From a virus (lineage: Duplodnaviria > Caudoviricetes), in the IMG/VR virus record IMGVR_UViG_3300020201_000023, positions 1 to 55,743 of that record: 55,743 nt of DNA, one strand, 5' to 3'. Shown in pieces: positions 54,308 through 55,743 of the stretch. Within the stretch, counting starts at the first letter, position 1. Every line of letters starts with the position of its first letter. The notes under the pieces are model-generated. The model ran no database searches. It saw only the letters and a program-made list of their open reading frames with translations, and had not been told where the DNA came from. The position numbers and the translations under genes are program-made.

Positions 54308-55146
54308 AGGACCACCCGCGGACGCTCGGGAGGCGGCGGAGCGGGCAGCGCTGACGCCCAGTTCGCGCACCACACCATCGGGTCAACCGACTTCTGCGAC
54401 GCGAGCCATCCGGCAAACGCGCGCCGGGCGACCTCGCAAGGGTTCAAGTTTTGAGCAGCCGCGAAGGACATGATATGCGCCGCGGTCTCCGCCGCTTGCC
54501 GCTGGTGATGCCGCGCCGACGGAATGCGCCATTCGGTGCCGCGCACGTCGAGCACGGCGCGCTCGAGGTCGCGGGTGTTGAAGTTGACCGCGCCCGGCTC
54601 CGGGAATCGGAGCGACTCGTCCACCACCAGCGCCAACGGCGCGATCGAAACGAGGGGTTGGGGATTGGGAAGGGAAGGGGAAGGGGAAGGGGAAGGGGAT
54701 CCCAGGGCGCGCGCGCGTGGCGGCGACTCGCGTGCGACATTTGCCGATGTCGAAAGCGAGTCGCACGCGACATCCGGCAGTGTCGCGGCAATGTCGCACG
54801 CGACATCAACATCAAGTGCCGCTCTTTTCGCTGCGATCTTCGTCCTGTCGTTCTCTTTCTTGTGTGCCCGCTGCTCTGGTGTTGGGTTCCACTTGTTGAA
54901 GTTGTGGAACCGGAAACACTCGGCCTCCTGGTGCCACAGCCCGTGCTTCACGAGCAGCGCGGCGCCCTTCATGTCGGCTTCCGGGAACACGTCGAGGGGC
55001 ACCGCGCCGTCGAGTGCCGCGTCGTCCAGGCACCACGACCACCAGTAGACCCAGACGCCAAGCGCTTCTCGGCCAGCCTTCTCTCGACGAAGCGCCCGCA
55101 CCTTTTCGTGCCGGTGAAACTTGTCGTCCATCTTCCCCCAGGGCAT
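54304..55146 (-). CDS. Replication initiator / replisome organiser
   Basis: MPWGKMDDKFHRHEKV, LVKHGLW, FHNFNKWNP, PSPSPS linker; directly upstream of dnaB. Confidence 0.8.
   Translation of the reverse strand: MPWGKMDDKFHRHEKVRALRREKAGREALGVWVYWWSWCLDDAALDGAVPLDVFPEADMKGAALLVKHGLWHQEAECFRFHNFNKWNPTPEQRAHKKENDRTKIAAKRAALDVDVACDIAATLPDVACDSLSTSANVARESPPRARALGSPSPSPSPSLPNPQPLVSIAPLALVVDESLRFPEPGAVNFNTRDLERAVLDVRGTEWRIPSARHHQRQAAETAAHIMSFAAAQNLNPCEVARRAFAGWLASQKSVDPMVWCANWASALPAPPPPERPRVVL
54654..54806. repeat. Putative origin: iteron-like palindromes plus G-rich tract inside the initiator gene
   Basis: TCGCryGCGACAT three times, ending at 54740, 54773 and 54806 (33-bp period); (GGGAAG)n tract at about 54667-54698. 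Confidence 0.6.
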
Positions 55147-55406
55147 CAGCGCGCCTTCGGTGCGCGCGGCACGCGGACGCCTGGCGCGACCACACCTCTC
55201 GCGATCGCACCCTCGGGCGTGATAAGACCCGCGGAAATCAGAGGGTTCACCGCCCGCATTGGCAACTGGAAACCGGACAAGATGCAAACGAAGTTGAGGA
55301 GGTCGTCAGCTCCGACCACCTCATCAGCGCACAGCGACTGCATCGCAGACAGCGCAAGCGGGGTAAGTAGTGGACGCACGCGCGTCATTGGGTCATCATG
55401 AGCCAT
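55146..55406 (-). CDS. Hypothetical protein
   Basis: TGATG overlap with the initiator; first ORF after the promoter. Confidence 0.45.
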   Translation of the reverse strand: MAHDDPMTRVRPLLTPLALSAMQSLCADEVVGADDLLNFVCILSGFQLPMRAVNPLISAGLITPEGAIARGVVAPGVRVPRAPKAR

Positions 55407-55482
55407 CGGAAAGCCTCTATCTTTCTGGTCTAGGCTCGGGCGTTCGCGCGCCGCGAGCCTGCTTTTTTCTGGCGTGGTTTGT

Positions 55483-55511
55483 ACAATACACGCCCATTGT
55501 GAGCGTGTCAA
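55483..55511 (-). promoter_or_regulatory. Strong sigma70 promoter of the replication operon with operator-like palindrome
   Basis: TTGACA-N17-TATTGT; ACACGC-N9-GCGTGT inverted repeat spans the spacer. Confidence 0.7.
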
Positions 55512-55517
55512 CGCGCA

Positions 55518-55732
55518 TCATCCGCGCCCGTGCGCAATCGCCGCCGCGCGCATCGCCAGCCCGGCGACGAGCTCGACGCGCCCGCCTGCCGGCACGCCGC
55601 CTGTCTGCCCCGCGAGCCACGTCAGATCGGCGTCCGTGCCCCTCGCGAGCACGGCGCGCAGCACGGCGACGGTCGGCCGCTCCGCGCGTATCTCGTCGGC
55701 GATGGCGTCGGCCTGCGCCTGCACTGCGCGGC
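55518..55732 (-). CDS. Hypothetical protein, 3' part (starts at 344 across the junction)
   Basis: In frame through the terminal repeat. Confidence 0.7.
55634..55732. repeat. Terminal direct repeat, right copy
   Basis: Identical to 8-106. Confidence 0.93.
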
Positions 55733-55743
55733 GCGTCTACCGC

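Overview
This window is an apparently complete, circular, very GC-rich tailed dsDNA phage genome. A 99-bp terminal direct repeat (8-106 = 55634-55732) gives a unit length of about 55,626 bp. Modules: (i) 341-7406 (-): four DNA methyltransferases and small genes; (ii) 8146-18888 (+): early and recombination genes (Gp157-like, RecT-like, SSB, HNH); (iii) 18885-44649 (-): lysis, tail, Mu-like head genes and terminase; (iv) 45405-47594 (-): an unusual repeat/RAMP locus; (v) 47608-55406 (-): RusA, DnaB and a replication initiator. I found no integrase, transposase or ParA. The host is probably a high-GC Gram-negative, possibly a myxobacterium (inference). The stand-out feature is 45619-47594. A sigma70-like promoter precedes seven arrays of (GGC-NN)n pentamers with freely varying dinucleotides. 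Each array ends in GGCGAACCAAGGG or a close variant, and five are followed by tRNA-like minihelices (12-bp stem, T-loop, RCCA). The arrays flank a Cas7/RAMP-like gene and a winged-helix-like gene. This looks like a non-CRISPR RNA-guided system. From memory it resembles the recently reported 'VIPR' systems, which needs verification. Second highlight: the same in-frame slippery heptamer C CCT TTC joins both the tail-chaperone ORFs and the portal with the gpF-like minor head ORF. All family assignments come from motifs recognised by eye; no database searches were run.
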